A stretch of 46,849 nucleotides of DNA from an uncultured Gammaproteobacteria bacterium (lineage in GTDB: Bacteria > Patescibacteriota > Patescibacteriia > Patescibacteriales > JAGXOH01), in NCBI GenBank assembly GCA_964585585.1, contig CAZPEL010000001.1:1-46849 (forward strand), given 5' to 3'. Shown one piece after another: positions 1 through 7,567 of the stretch. Numbering within the stretch: the stretch's first letter is position 1; every line of letters starts with the position of its first letter. The translations under genes and the position numbers were made by a program. The notes under the pieces were generated by a model. The model did no database searches. It was not told the origin of the DNA and worked only from the letters and a program-made list of their open reading frames with translations.

Positions 1-1
1 C

Positions 2-253
2 AAGATAGTGCACCTGAATGACGAAGAGTACAAATTCTTTCTTAGGATCATCCTGGAGATGGCCTTTAATCTTTATACCATGAAAAAGACCCAAAGGATC
101 AAGAATTCCATAAGAAGGAATTCGAATTTAAAAGGAAGAGATTTTACGGCCCCGGAGTTTACCCACTTAGATGAGGCCACTATTTTTTATTTTCCGATAG
201 ATCTCTTCCGAATGTTGAATCGATCCAAGTTCGGCCACTTGTTGACCTCCTAA
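2..253 (+). CDS. 3' end of an unidentified gene entering from the left edge (hypothetical protein)
   Basis: The frame is open from base 2, with no in-frame stop before the listed GTG at 8, and ends at TAA 251-253. A strong terminator hairpin follows 9 nt later. No recognisable motifs. Confidence 0.35.
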   Translation, partial: KIVHLNDEEYKFFLRIILEMAFNLYTMKKTQRIKNSIRRNSNLKGRDFTAPEFTHLDEATIFYFPIDLFRMLNRSKFGHLLTS

Positions 254-261
254 CCCTACCC

Positions 262-296
262 CCCCCTAAGGCCTTTGGCTTTAGGGGGATTGTTTT
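262..296 (+). terminator. Rho-independent terminator
   Basis: 12-bp stem ccccctaaggcc / ggctttaggggg (one G-U pair) with a ttt loop, followed by attgtttt. Confidence 0.55.
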
Positions 297-368
297 AAAC
301 TAAAACTTGTTGTCCTCTTTTTTCTTTTCTCCTAAAATTTAAAGTAAGTTTTTAAAGTCGACGATCTT

Positions 369-1499
369 ATGAAGACAGCTTGGCAGATCGCCCGAAAAAA
401 TTTAGAGGCCTGTTTCCGGGAAAGGGGAATAATGGCCAGTGTGGACCATTTCAGTGATTTTTGGGCCCGGGATTCTTTTTATGCTTGTTGGGGTCTTTTG
501 GAACTCGGAAGGTATGACAAGGTCAGGGAGAATTTACAATTATTTATTGACCATCAGAAAGAAAACGGGCACATACCCAGAAGAATAGATAGGTTTATCG
601 TGCCCTTGAAATATTTGGGTCTTAAAATAAAAAGAAAGAAACTAAAGCCCAGGTACACCGGGGTGTATATCTATCCGGCCCTGGATGCCAACATCCTTTT
701 TATCATTACTTTTTATAAATATCTCAAGGAGTCTGGAGATAAGGAATTTTTGCATCAAAATTTAAACCCCTTGTTAAGCGCTGTGGGCTGGCTGGAAAAG
801 TACGAAAAGAGCACCTTGCTGGACGAGGGGCTATTCGCCAATTGGGCCGATATCATAATCAAGAAGGGCAAGGTTCTTTATACCAATATTTTATATACCG
901 AAGCTCTGGACGATATTAGTAAGATGGGGAAGATGTTGGGCAGATCAAAATTCCAACAAAGGTTTGCCCAAAAAAGCGGAACCATTAAAGAGAAAATAAA
1001 TCAGGAATATTGGAACGGCCGGTATTATATCGATTGGATCTACAGAAAGAGGAAGTTTGATTATTTTTCTACCGATGGCAATGTCCTGGCTATGCTGTTT
1101 GATGTTTCCAGTTCGGAGCAAAATCAAAAGATAATAGATTATATAGAGAAATATGAATTGGCCAAGTTGCCAATGAAGACCAACCATCCTTCCTATCCGG
1201 TTTGGCGAGTGAAGTTGATCATGCGGGTGGTCGGAGCCCCGGGTTACCAGAATAATTCCACCAGTTGGCTGTGGCTGGGCTGTATTTACGCCGTGGCCCT
1301 GCATAAGAACGGTTACAAGCAGAAGGCCCAAGAGATATTGGAGCGGATCTCGGAAAAGATCAAGGAATACAAAAAGGTCTATGAGATCTACGGTCCGGAC
1401 GGCGTCCCTTACAAGGGCTGGTATTGGCGGAGTGCTTCTTCTTTTGCTTGGAGTTCCGGTTTGTATCTATGGATGTACAGAATCATCAAGGATAAATAA
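369..1499 (+). CDS. Six-hairpin (alpha/alpha)6 glycoside hydrolase, GDE_C / amylo-alpha-1,6-glucosidase-like
   Basis: 376-aa ORF. It has FWARDSFYACWGLLELG near the N-terminus, ENGHIPRRID, and a W/Y-rich C-terminus (SFAWSSGLYLW). Family assignment is from motif memory only. Confidence 0.6.
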   Translation: MKTAWQIARKNLEACFRERGIMASVDHFSDFWARDSFYACWGLLELGRYDKVRENLQLFIDHQKENGHIPRRIDRFIVPLKYLGLKIKRKKLKPRYTGVYIYPALDANILFIITFYKYLKESGDKEFLHQNLNPLLSAVGWLEKYEKSTLLDEGLFANWADIIIKKGKVLYTNILYTEALDDISKMGKMLGRSKFQQRFAQKSGTIKEKINQEYWNGRYYIDWIYRKRKFDYFSTDGNVLAMLFDVSSSEQNQKIIDYIEKYELAKLPMKTNHPSYPVWRVKLIMRVVGAPGYQNNSTSWLWLGCIYAVALHKNGYKQKAQEILERISEKIKEYKKVYEIYGPDGVPYKGWYWRSASSFAWSSGLYLWMYRIIKDK

Positions 1500-1544
1500 A
1501 AATTTGGGATAAAAGCTCTTTAAACCAAAAAAAGGAGGGAGAAA

Positions 1545-1919
1545 ATGAGATTTACCGGAGAGGAAGAGTATTTTTTAAGAGGTGAAGTACACAGGATTGA
1601 TGAGGATAAGGCAGTTATTCCAATAACAAGGAAAAGTATCAGACTGAAAAGCGAATATGAGAAAGAGGGGTATAATCTGGTCTGCCAGGTTGAGGATCTT
1701 GATACCTTGATAGACTTAGTGGAAAAGGAGAAAAAACAGAATTGCCCCTTTATCGGATCTTGTATTCAGCTTGCTTGTAGAAAAGATTGGGAGAATTTTA
1801 TTTGTTCCGATGATTGCCCCTATAAGCACAACGGAGAAATTACCCGCCCTTTAGTCAGTCTGCAAAAACCGGAGATGAATGATGCTTACAATTATGCCCT
1901 GGATCCGGAATCGGACTGA
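1545..1919 (+). CDS. Cys-rich hypothetical protein (possible metal or Fe-S binding)
   Basis: 124 aa, with GGAGGG 5 nt upstream of the ATG. Cys cluster: CPFIGSC-x4-C then C-x3-C-x3-H. A terminator follows directly. Confidence 0.6.
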   Translation: MRFTGEEEYFLRGEVHRIDEDKAVIPITRKSIRLKSEYEKEGYNLVCQVEDLDTLIDLVEKEKKQNCPFIGSCIQLACRKDWENFICSDDCPYKHNGEITRPLVSLQKPEMNDAYNYALDPESD

Positions 1920-1930
1920 TCTTAAATTTT

Positions 1931-1959
1931 AAAAGCGCGTCCCAGCCGGCGCGCTTTTT
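1931..1959 (+). terminator. Rho-independent terminator
   Basis: Perfect 9-bp stem aaaagcgcg / cgcgctttt around a 10-nt loop, ending in a T-run. Confidence 0.6.
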
Positions 1960-1963
1960 AATA

Positions 1964-1991
1964 TTGAGAAACCGGGAAAGTGTGATATAAT
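1964..1991 (+). promoter_or_regulatory. Sigma-70-like promoter for the 2019-4356 operon
   Basis: TTGAGA (1964-1969), 16-nt spacer, TATAAT (1986-1991). It lies 28 nt upstream of the 2019 ATG. Confidence 0.45.
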
Positions 1992-2018
1992 TTTTAATAG
2001 AATTGTTTAAAATATTTT

Positions 2019-2267
2019 ATGAATTTTTTGATTTGGGGAAAAATTTATTTGTCCGGGGCGGTCATCTTGGCCGGAGCCATTGTTGTAAACGCGATAGCTT
2101 ATTATTTCAGTATCCCCACTTGGTATGACCTATTTCAGTTAGTGCCTCAAAAAGGTTTGGCCGAGGCCCTGGGAGGTTTGAGTCCGGGTTCGGTTCTGTT
2201 TTTATTTCTAGTTTATCCCTTTTTGTTGGGCTTATTGGCTTATTTCTGTTTTAAATTTATTTTATGA
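2019..2267 (+). CDS. Small two-helix membrane protein (hypothetical)
   Basis: 82 aa with two hydrophobic helices. Its stop overlaps the next start (ATGA at 2264-2267). Confidence 0.55.
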   Translation: MNFLIWGKIYLSGAVILAGAIVVNAIAYYFSIPTWYDLFQLVPQKGLAEALGGLSPGSVLFLFLVYPFLLGLLAYFCFKFIL

Positions 2268-2776
2268 GCAAGATATTTTTATATCAGGGCGATATCACCC
2301 AAGTAAAAGCGGACGCGGTGGTTAATGCCGCCAACAGATCCCTTTTGGGCGGAGGCGGAGTTGACGGAGCTATTCATCGAGCCGCCGGCCCCGAGTTGAA
2401 AGAAGAATGCAGGAAATTGGGCGGTTGCCGGACCGGAGAGGCCAAAATAACCCAGGGTTATGACTTGCCCGCTTCTTATGTTATCCATACCGTGGGGCCG
2501 GTTTACGGCCGGGAGGACGGTCGGGAAGAAGAGTTATTGGCTTCCTGTTACAAGGAAAGCTTGAAATTGGCCGAAAGATACGGACTGAAAAGTATTGCTT
2601 TCCCCGGCCTGTCAACCGGAGCTTTTGCTTATCCCAAAAGAAAAGCTTTTCGAGTGGCCGTAAGGACGATCAAGGATTTTTTGGACCGGGAGGCCTCCGC
2701 TGTGGAAAAAGTGATCTTGGTTGCTTTTACCGCTGAAGATATAGCCATATATAAAGAGATCCTGGAAAATGAGTAA
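2264..2776 (+). CDS. Macro-domain protein (MacroD/YmdB-type ADP-ribose / O-acetyl-ADP-ribose hydrolase)
   Basis: Motifs present: GDITQVKADAVVNAAN, GGGGVDGAIHRAAG and GLSTGAFAYP. Confidence 0.9.
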   Translation: MSKIFLYQGDITQVKADAVVNAANRSLLGGGGVDGAIHRAAGPELKEECRKLGGCRTGEAKITQGYDLPASYVIHTVGPVYGREDGREEELLASCYKESLKLAERYGLKSIAFPGLSTGAFAYPKRKAFRVAVRTIKDFLDREASAVEKVILVAFTAEDIAIYKEILENE

Positions 2777-3179
2777 CAAAATAAGAAAACTTTTGGAAAA
2801 ATTCAATAAGCTGGATCTGCCGCGGGACCAGTATGTTATTTTTGGCAGCGGACCCTTGGCCATTAGAGGGATAAGAGAGGGGAGGGATCTGGATGTTATT
2901 GTCTATGATGAATTGTTTGCCGAATTGAAAAAGAGATATCGCCACGAGAGTGAATATAAGGACAAGATAGTTTTAGAAGGCGGGGACATAGAAATATTTC
3001 CAGCCCGAAAATCCTATGTGGACAAAGCGGAGGAGGCCATAGAAAAAGCTGATGCGATCGAGGGGTATCGGTTCATGAATTTGAAGGATCTGATCCGATG
3101 GAAGAACAAATTGAGCCGCCCCAAGGATCATCGGGATATAGAGATGATCAAAGATTATTTAAAAAAATATAATTTTTAA
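2769..3179 (+). CDS. Minimal Pol-beta-fold nucleotidyltransferase-like protein
   Basis: 136 aa. FGSGPLAIRGIREGRDLDVIV fits the hG[GS]-x9-13-D-h-D signature. The C-terminus has an RPKDHRDIEMIK motif like small MNT-type NTases. It overlaps the macro gene by 8 nt. Confidence 0.55.
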   Translation: MSNKIRKLLEKFNKLDLPRDQYVIFGSGPLAIRGIREGRDLDVIVYDELFAELKKRYRHESEYKDKIVLEGGDIEIFPARKSYVDKAEEAIEKADAIEGYRFMNLKDLIRWKNKLSRPKDHRDIEMIKDYLKKYNF

Positions 3180-3189
3180 TTTTAAAGTT

Positions 3190-4356
3190 ATGAAAAAAGG
3201 CAAAAGATCATTGGTTCTTTTGGTAATGATCACCCTGTTCGCTTTTTTGGCTTTTCCGGTCAGCGCCGCTGATTTCCGGATCGGAGATAGCCAGAGCGGG
3301 AATGTAACCGTAAGTGAAGGGGAGGAGCTGAGCAATTTGTATGTAGCCGGCAATATGATCTCGATCAACGGATCGGTGAACGACGATCTGGTCGGGGCCG
3401 GTAATACAGTGCTTGTCAAAAAAAATATTCAGGACGATCTCTGGATCGGCGGCGGAACTGTTACCGTCCAGGGCGATGTGGGCGGAAGTATCAGAGCGGC
3501 TGGAGGCAATGTGGTGGTCGATGGTAAAGTAGCCCGGGATATTTTGGTGGCCGCAGGGAATATAACCCTAAGCGATTCTGCCAGTGTTGACGGTGATGTT
3601 TGGGTAGCCGGAGGAGTGGTCCAGATAGATTCTGATGTCCGGGGCGACCTGAAAGTGGCCGGCGGGCAAGTGGTTTTGAACGGGCCGGTGTCCGGAGAAG
3701 TTCAGGTTCGGGCCGATGAAAATCTTCGATTAACCGATCGGGCCCGGATCGGCGGCGATTTACGTTATAAATCGCCTCAAGAGGCCGATATAGCGGAAGG
3801 AGCTACTATTGAAGGCGAGGTTGACTTCCAGAAAAAAGAGGTCGCCAGAACTATGTTACCCGGTTTCTTAAGCGGGTTTGATGATTTCTTTAGTTGGGGT
3901 AATTTAATGAAGATGTTGATGATGATAGTGGTTGGATTGATCTTGGTTTATTTATTCAAAAAATCTACCCGCACCTTCTTGAAGGAGGGGACCGGACACT
4001 ATTGGAAGAATTTGGGCCTGGGTTTGGCCGCCCTGATCCTGGTTCCGATAGTTTTTTTACTGTTGATATTCACTGTTATCGGTAGTTGGTTGGCGGTCTT
4101 GTTACTGTTGGCGCATATTTTTGTTTTCTTACTTTCCCTGGTAGTCGCTGCCATTATTTTGGGCAGTTGGCTGTTGCGGAAGATAGGTAAAAAGGATAAT
4201 TATCCCTTGGACTGGAAGGTGGTGGTTGTAGGGGTGGTACTCATGAGTTTGATCTCGGCCTTGCCTGTTGTGGGATGGTTGGCTTGTTTCTTGTTGATAT
4301 TGCTTGCCCTGGGTTCCATTTATAGTGCCACTTTTAAAAGTTTTTGGTTGAAGTAA
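3190..4356 (+). CDS. Secreted/membrane beta-helical repeat protein (bactofilin/DUF583-like repeats) with a polytopic C-terminal membrane domain
   Basis: Signal peptide ending VSA-AD. Repeated G-D-[VL]-x-V-x-G-G-x-V units cover about 170 aa. Four to five C-terminal hydrophobic helices. Confidence 0.75.
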   Translation: MKKGKRSLVLLVMITLFAFLAFPVSAADFRIGDSQSGNVTVSEGEELSNLYVAGNMISINGSVNDDLVGAGNTVLVKKNIQDDLWIGGGTVTVQGDVGGSIRAAGGNVVVDGKVARDILVAAGNITLSDSASVDGDVWVAGGVVQIDSDVRGDLKVAGGQVVLNGPVSGEVQVRADENLRLTDRARIGGDLRYKSPQEADIAEGATIEGEVDFQKKEVARTMLPGFLSGFDDFFSWGNLMKMLMMIVVGLILVYLFKKSTRTFLKEGTGHYWKNLGLGLAALILVPIVFLLLIFTVIGSWLAVLLLLAHIFVFLLSLVVAAIILGSWLLRKIGKKDNYPLDWKVVVVGVVLMSLISALPVVGWLACFLLILLALGSIYSATFKSFWLK

Positions 4357-4374
4357 AAGAATTTTTTCTTTTTT

Positions 4375-4406
4375 AAAACCGCCGGTCTTCGGATCGGCGG
4401 TTTTTT
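4375..4406 (+). terminator. Rho-independent terminator
   Basis: aaaaccgccg / cggcggtttt 10-bp stem, then TTTTTT. Confidence 0.65.
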
Positions 4407-4473
4407 ATTGAGAGGAAAATGAACACTTCCTCCGTCTTAATTAATAGGGTATTTAATTATTAAGATCAAAGCT

Positions 4474-5001
4474 ATGAACAATAAAGGAGTAAAAATCTTT
4501 TCTTATGCTTTATATCTGCTGGCGGGCATGGCCGTGGTGGTCACTTTAACGGTTCTTTTTATGTCACAGTATCAAGTGGAGGCCCAAATGGGCCAAGATC
4601 AAATGGAGGGGGTTAGTCGGGATAGATTTATGCAGGTTCAGGGAAGCCGATTTGACATGATGGTCAACAACGGCATGAATCCGGGAGAGTTAATGGGCCG
4701 GGGCAGTATGAGCCGGCAGGATTTTATAAATCTGCAAGGGGATCTATATGGGGTAATGGAGGAATATGATATACATCCGGCCACTATCATGGGCGGCTGT
4801 CCGGTTCTAATGGGGGGAATGATGCTTTCTCCGTGGTGCACCTCCTCCCAGATGGAGTCGAGCTCTCTCGAGAGGGAAATGGGAGAACAAAGCGCCACCA
4901 GCTCCAGCCAAGAGGAAGTGGAAACCAGGTTAAGACAGCAAGAGCAATTGCGGGAGATGATAGAACAAAACATAATGGAAGCGGAACAAGCCAATAAGTA
5001 G
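4474..5001 (+). CDS. Met-rich bitopic membrane protein (hypothetical)
   Basis: 175 aa with an N-terminal TM helix. The exported part is rich in Met/Gly motifs (MMVNNGMNPGELMG, IMGGCPVLMGGMMLSPWC). The C-terminus is an acidic coiled region. Confidence 0.6.
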   Translation: MNNKGVKIFSYALYLLAGMAVVVTLTVLFMSQYQVEAQMGQDQMEGVSRDRFMQVQGSRFDMMVNNGMNPGELMGRGSMSRQDFINLQGDLYGVMEEYDIHPATIMGGCPVLMGGMMLSPWCTSSQMESSSLEREMGEQSATSSSQEEVETRLRQQEQLREMIEQNIMEAEQANK

Positions 5002-5026
5002 CAGGGTTTTAAAGCGGAAGAGGGTT

Positions 5027-5058
5027 AAAAAAAGCCGCTGTTTGGAAGCGGCTTTTGT
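5027..5058. terminator. Bidirectional terminator between convergent genes
   Basis: aaaagccgc / gcggctttt stem, flanked by an A-run on the left and a T-run on the right. Confidence 0.55.
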
Positions 5059-5085
5059 ATTTAAAACAATTAAACAATCAAAAAA

Positions 5086-5247
5086 TCATTGTTCGGATCC
5101 ATTATTATTGTTTTTTGCTTGCGGATCATCTTTTTGATCTTCTTTCATAACCTTAACTATATTTTCCTTAACTTTTCTTTTACGGTGCCTGGGTAGGAGG
5201 GATCTGTTTTGCCCTACTTTTTTTAATGTTTTTAGAAAATTCAGCAT
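5086..5247 (-). CDS. Possible 53-aa basic small protein downstream of the ECF sigma gene
   Basis: Hand-translated as MLNFLKTLKKVGQNRSLLPRHRKRKVKENIVKVMKEDQKDDPQAKNNNNGSEQ*. The ATG lies 9 nt after the sigma stop. It is below the ORF-track cutoff and has no TM segment and no clear SD. Confidence 0.25.
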   Translation of the reverse strand: MLNFLKTLKKVGQNRSLLPRHRKRKVKENIVKVMKEDQKDDPQAKNNNNGSEQ

Positions 5248-5255
5248 TTTTTGTT

Positions 5256-5816
5256 TTACTGCTTATTCCTTATTTTTTTGATCCTCCTTTTGGCCCGGTC
5301 TATAGTGGCTGATACATTCTTGGGCGTGGTATTAAGGACTTTAGCTATTTCCTTGGGAGGCATTTCTTCCAGGTATCTAAAAATTATAACATCTTGGTAC
5401 TTATTCGGCAATAAGGAAATGGTTTGGTATACATCCTTGATGTCTTCTTGGGTTTCGTTTATTGTTTCTTGATCCACTGACAGGTGTTTTAGGTTCTGTT
5501 TTTTTTGCCAGGCCTCTTCCAGGGGCTCTTCTCTTTTGTTCTTGGTGGCCCGTTTTCTGTAATGGTCTATAAGCAGATTTCGAGAAACCCGAAATAGAAA
5601 AGACCTGATGTCTTGTATTTCTTTATCTCGGAGTAAGTATTTCCAAACTTTTATAAAGGTCTCCTGAAGGATGTCCTCCGCCTGCTCCGGCGACCGAATT
5701 CGCAATAAACAATAACGATAAATTTGATCGGCGTATTGATCGTACGCGGCGCATAAGTAGTTTTGTTTTTGTTCGATATTGTTCTTCATAGGATCCCCAC
5801 TTAAGTGCGTAGTCAC
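5256..5816 (-). CDS. ECF-subfamily sigma-70 factor
   Basis: Region 2 (IYRYCLLRIRSPEQAEDILQETFIKVW, RNLLIDHYRKR) and region 4 (YQDVIIFRYLEEMPPKEIAKVLNTTPKNVSATIDRAKRRI) are present. The listed start is a GTG with no SD. The ATG at 5789 (MKNNIEQ), preceded by GGGGA, is the more likely start. Confidence 0.85.
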   Translation of the reverse strand: MTTHLSGDPMKNNIEQKQNYLCAAYDQYADQIYRYCLLRIRSPEQAEDILQETFIKVWKYLLRDKEIQDIRSFLFRVSRNLLIDHYRKRATKNKREEPLEEAWQKKQNLKHLSVDQETINETQEDIKDVYQTISLLPNKYQDVIIFRYLEEMPPKEIAKVLNTTPKNVSATIDRAKRRIKKIRNKQ

Positions 5817-6001
5817 CGATATTTTTTAAAATTATTATTGTTTTTTGGCCTCCAGCTTTATGAATAACTTGAGTTTTTCCCAAGGTTTGAAAATAAAGTT
5901 TTGGAGTGGGGATTGGGTTGTGAAACAGCTTTGGCTAAGATTGGTTTTATTTGGTCTTGACCTTTATTATTTGGCTAATTTTAAGTATTTTTGGGTCCGA
6001 C

Positions 6002-6030
6002 TTGACAAGCTTGGGGTTTGGGGGTACACT
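6002..6030 (+). promoter_or_regulatory. Sigma-70-like promoter, leaving a leader of about 135 nt before the 6170 gene
   Basis: TTGACA (6002-6007), 17-nt spacer, TACACT (6025-6030). Confidence 0.4.
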
Positions 6031-6169
6031 CGGTTTCAACTTTGTTCCTGCGGGTCGATCTCCAGGTGTTTTTTAAATCCTTGTCAGGGTGGTAAGCAAA
6101 GCTTTATTATGACTTCGATCCTCTTGTGATCGGATTAAACAGTAACATATAATCCATAAAAATGCAACT

Positions 6170-7465
6170 ATGACTTCCAAGAAACCAAATCCCGAACTTA
6201 GTTTCTCTAAGTTTGCTTATTTGTTCTTGTTCTTTCTAATTATTTCGCTCTTTGCCGTCTTTACTCCCTTGGTTTTTTCCGGCGATCCGGACCGGGAGCT
6301 GGCCGGGATCATGCCCCTGGATAAACAAGAAAGCGTATTTGAGCGGAGCGGGGATAGGAGTAACCTTGATCCGATTGAATTGGCCTCGATCGAAAAACGT
6401 GATTGTGTGGGGCGGGTCGAGGAACATTCGGTTTCCGATCCGGCGGGTCAAGCTATTTTGGTTCTGCAAAAGCACCAGCACCCCGGCAGTGATTCCGGGG
6501 ATAAGATCAATGATGCGGCCCGGCAAACCCAGGAGCAGATCCTGGATATCGTTTCCACTCTTCATAATAAGAAGGGGGTGGATATTATAATGAATGAAGG
6601 AATTGTTTACGGACAAGGGGCTCAGGAAAAAATGAATGAGGTTTCCCGGGAAATAGAACTGCGGAACAAATTTGCTTCGGCTTTGGATAAGTTAAAAGGA
6701 GCGGAGAGTAGTAGTTTGGGAATAATGGATAGCTTGGCACAGAGTGGGAAAGAATTTTTGGACCGGATGGACCGAGCTATTATCCTGGAGGGAGCTCCTT
6801 ATGTTTTAAAGGCCCAAGAAAAGGATGATGACCTTAGACTGTATGGAGCGGAGAATCGAGAGACCCGACAGAAGTCGGCTCAAATAGTCAGGAAGTATGT
6901 TTATCTTCAGGATGCCCAGAATAGGAACGGAGGTTCTTCCGGGATTCTGGAGATGCTTTCCCGGAAGAAAAGCGCGGAACTGGGTCAATCCTTTTCCCTG
7001 AAATCCTTGTTAGAGGCCCAGAGTTCCCGGGGCGCTTCCGGTATGGAGCAGGAATTGAAATTGGCTCGAAGATTGTGTTCTTTTTTAGGTAGTAAAGAAG
7101 CGGAAGAGGCCATTATAAATTTGAACCGAGTTTATGAAAAGATCAATAATTTTAAGTCCGGGAATGGTGATCAAGAGGAAAAGGATCTGCCCAGTAGAAG
7201 TGACAATCCTTATCTCTCCAGGTCCCCTCAGGAATTACAGGAGCTGATGGCTGAAACCGAGAGGCAAATGGAGGACTGGGTGATCGAACAGAGGAATGTG
7301 GATACGGCCGAGAATTTTCTTCGGGTCATAAAGCAGAGCAAGGAGAATGCGGGTATCATTCAATTCGGGGCCGGACACAAGGAGGGTTTGATCCAGGAAT
7401 TAAAAAAGAGGAATATTTCGGTAACCGTTATTACTCCGTCCCGGGTAGTAAAGGCCAATAAATAG
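6170..7465 (+). CDS. Exported/membrane-anchored hypothetical protein (weak Tiki/TraB/ChaN-like hints)
   Basis: 431 aa with an N-terminal hydrophobic anchor. ILVLQKHQHPG...IMNEG near the N-terminus and IIQFGAGHKEGLIQELKK near the C-terminus recall the paired motifs of TraB/GumN-type proteins. This is a weak, memory-only match. Confidence 0.7.
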   Translation: MTSKKPNPELSFSKFAYLFLFFLIISLFAVFTPLVFSGDPDRELAGIMPLDKQESVFERSGDRSNLDPIELASIEKRDCVGRVEEHSVSDPAGQAILVLQKHQHPGSDSGDKINDAARQTQEQILDIVSTLHNKKGVDIIMNEGIVYGQGAQEKMNEVSREIELRNKFASALDKLKGAESSSLGIMDSLAQSGKEFLDRMDRAIILEGAPYVLKAQEKDDDLRLYGAENRETRQKSAQIVRKYVYLQDAQNRNGGSSGILEMLSRKKSAELGQSFSLKSLLEAQSSRGASGMEQELKLARRLCSFLGSKEAEEAIINLNRVYEKINNFKSGNGDQEEKDLPSRSDNPYLSRSPQELQELMAETERQMEDWVIEQRNVDTAENFLRVIKQSKENAGIIQFGAGHKEGLIQELKKRNISVTVITPSRVVKANK

Positions 7466-7480
7466 TTGCCTTATATATCA

Positions 7481-7528
7481 AGGGAGGTGAAGCCCAGCCC
7501 TTTCGGGGTAAGCTTTCACCTCCCTTTT
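7481..7528. terminator. Terminator hairpin shared by convergent genes
   Basis: gggaggtgaagc...gctttcacctccc long stem, followed by TTTT. Confidence 0.6.
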
Positions 7529-7567
7529 AGCCTTTGTTGCAACATATTTAAACTTTCTTAAGGTTTA

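Noticed and set aside
1512-1527. A shared 12-mer, aagctctttaaa, upstream of two SD sequences (here and at 16522-16533), considered as a possible regulatory motif.
   Set aside because: Dozens of chance 12-mer matches are expected within a 47-kb AT-biased window. There is no extended similarity beyond the 12 nt.
5845-6129. A 94-aa plus-strand ORF in the 353-nt gap between the ECF sigma gene and the 431-aa gene.
   Set aside because: It has no SD and an odd Trp/Cys/Leu-rich composition. It also spans a good promoter (6002-6030) that would start transcription inside it. It is more likely non-coding leader or promoter DNA.
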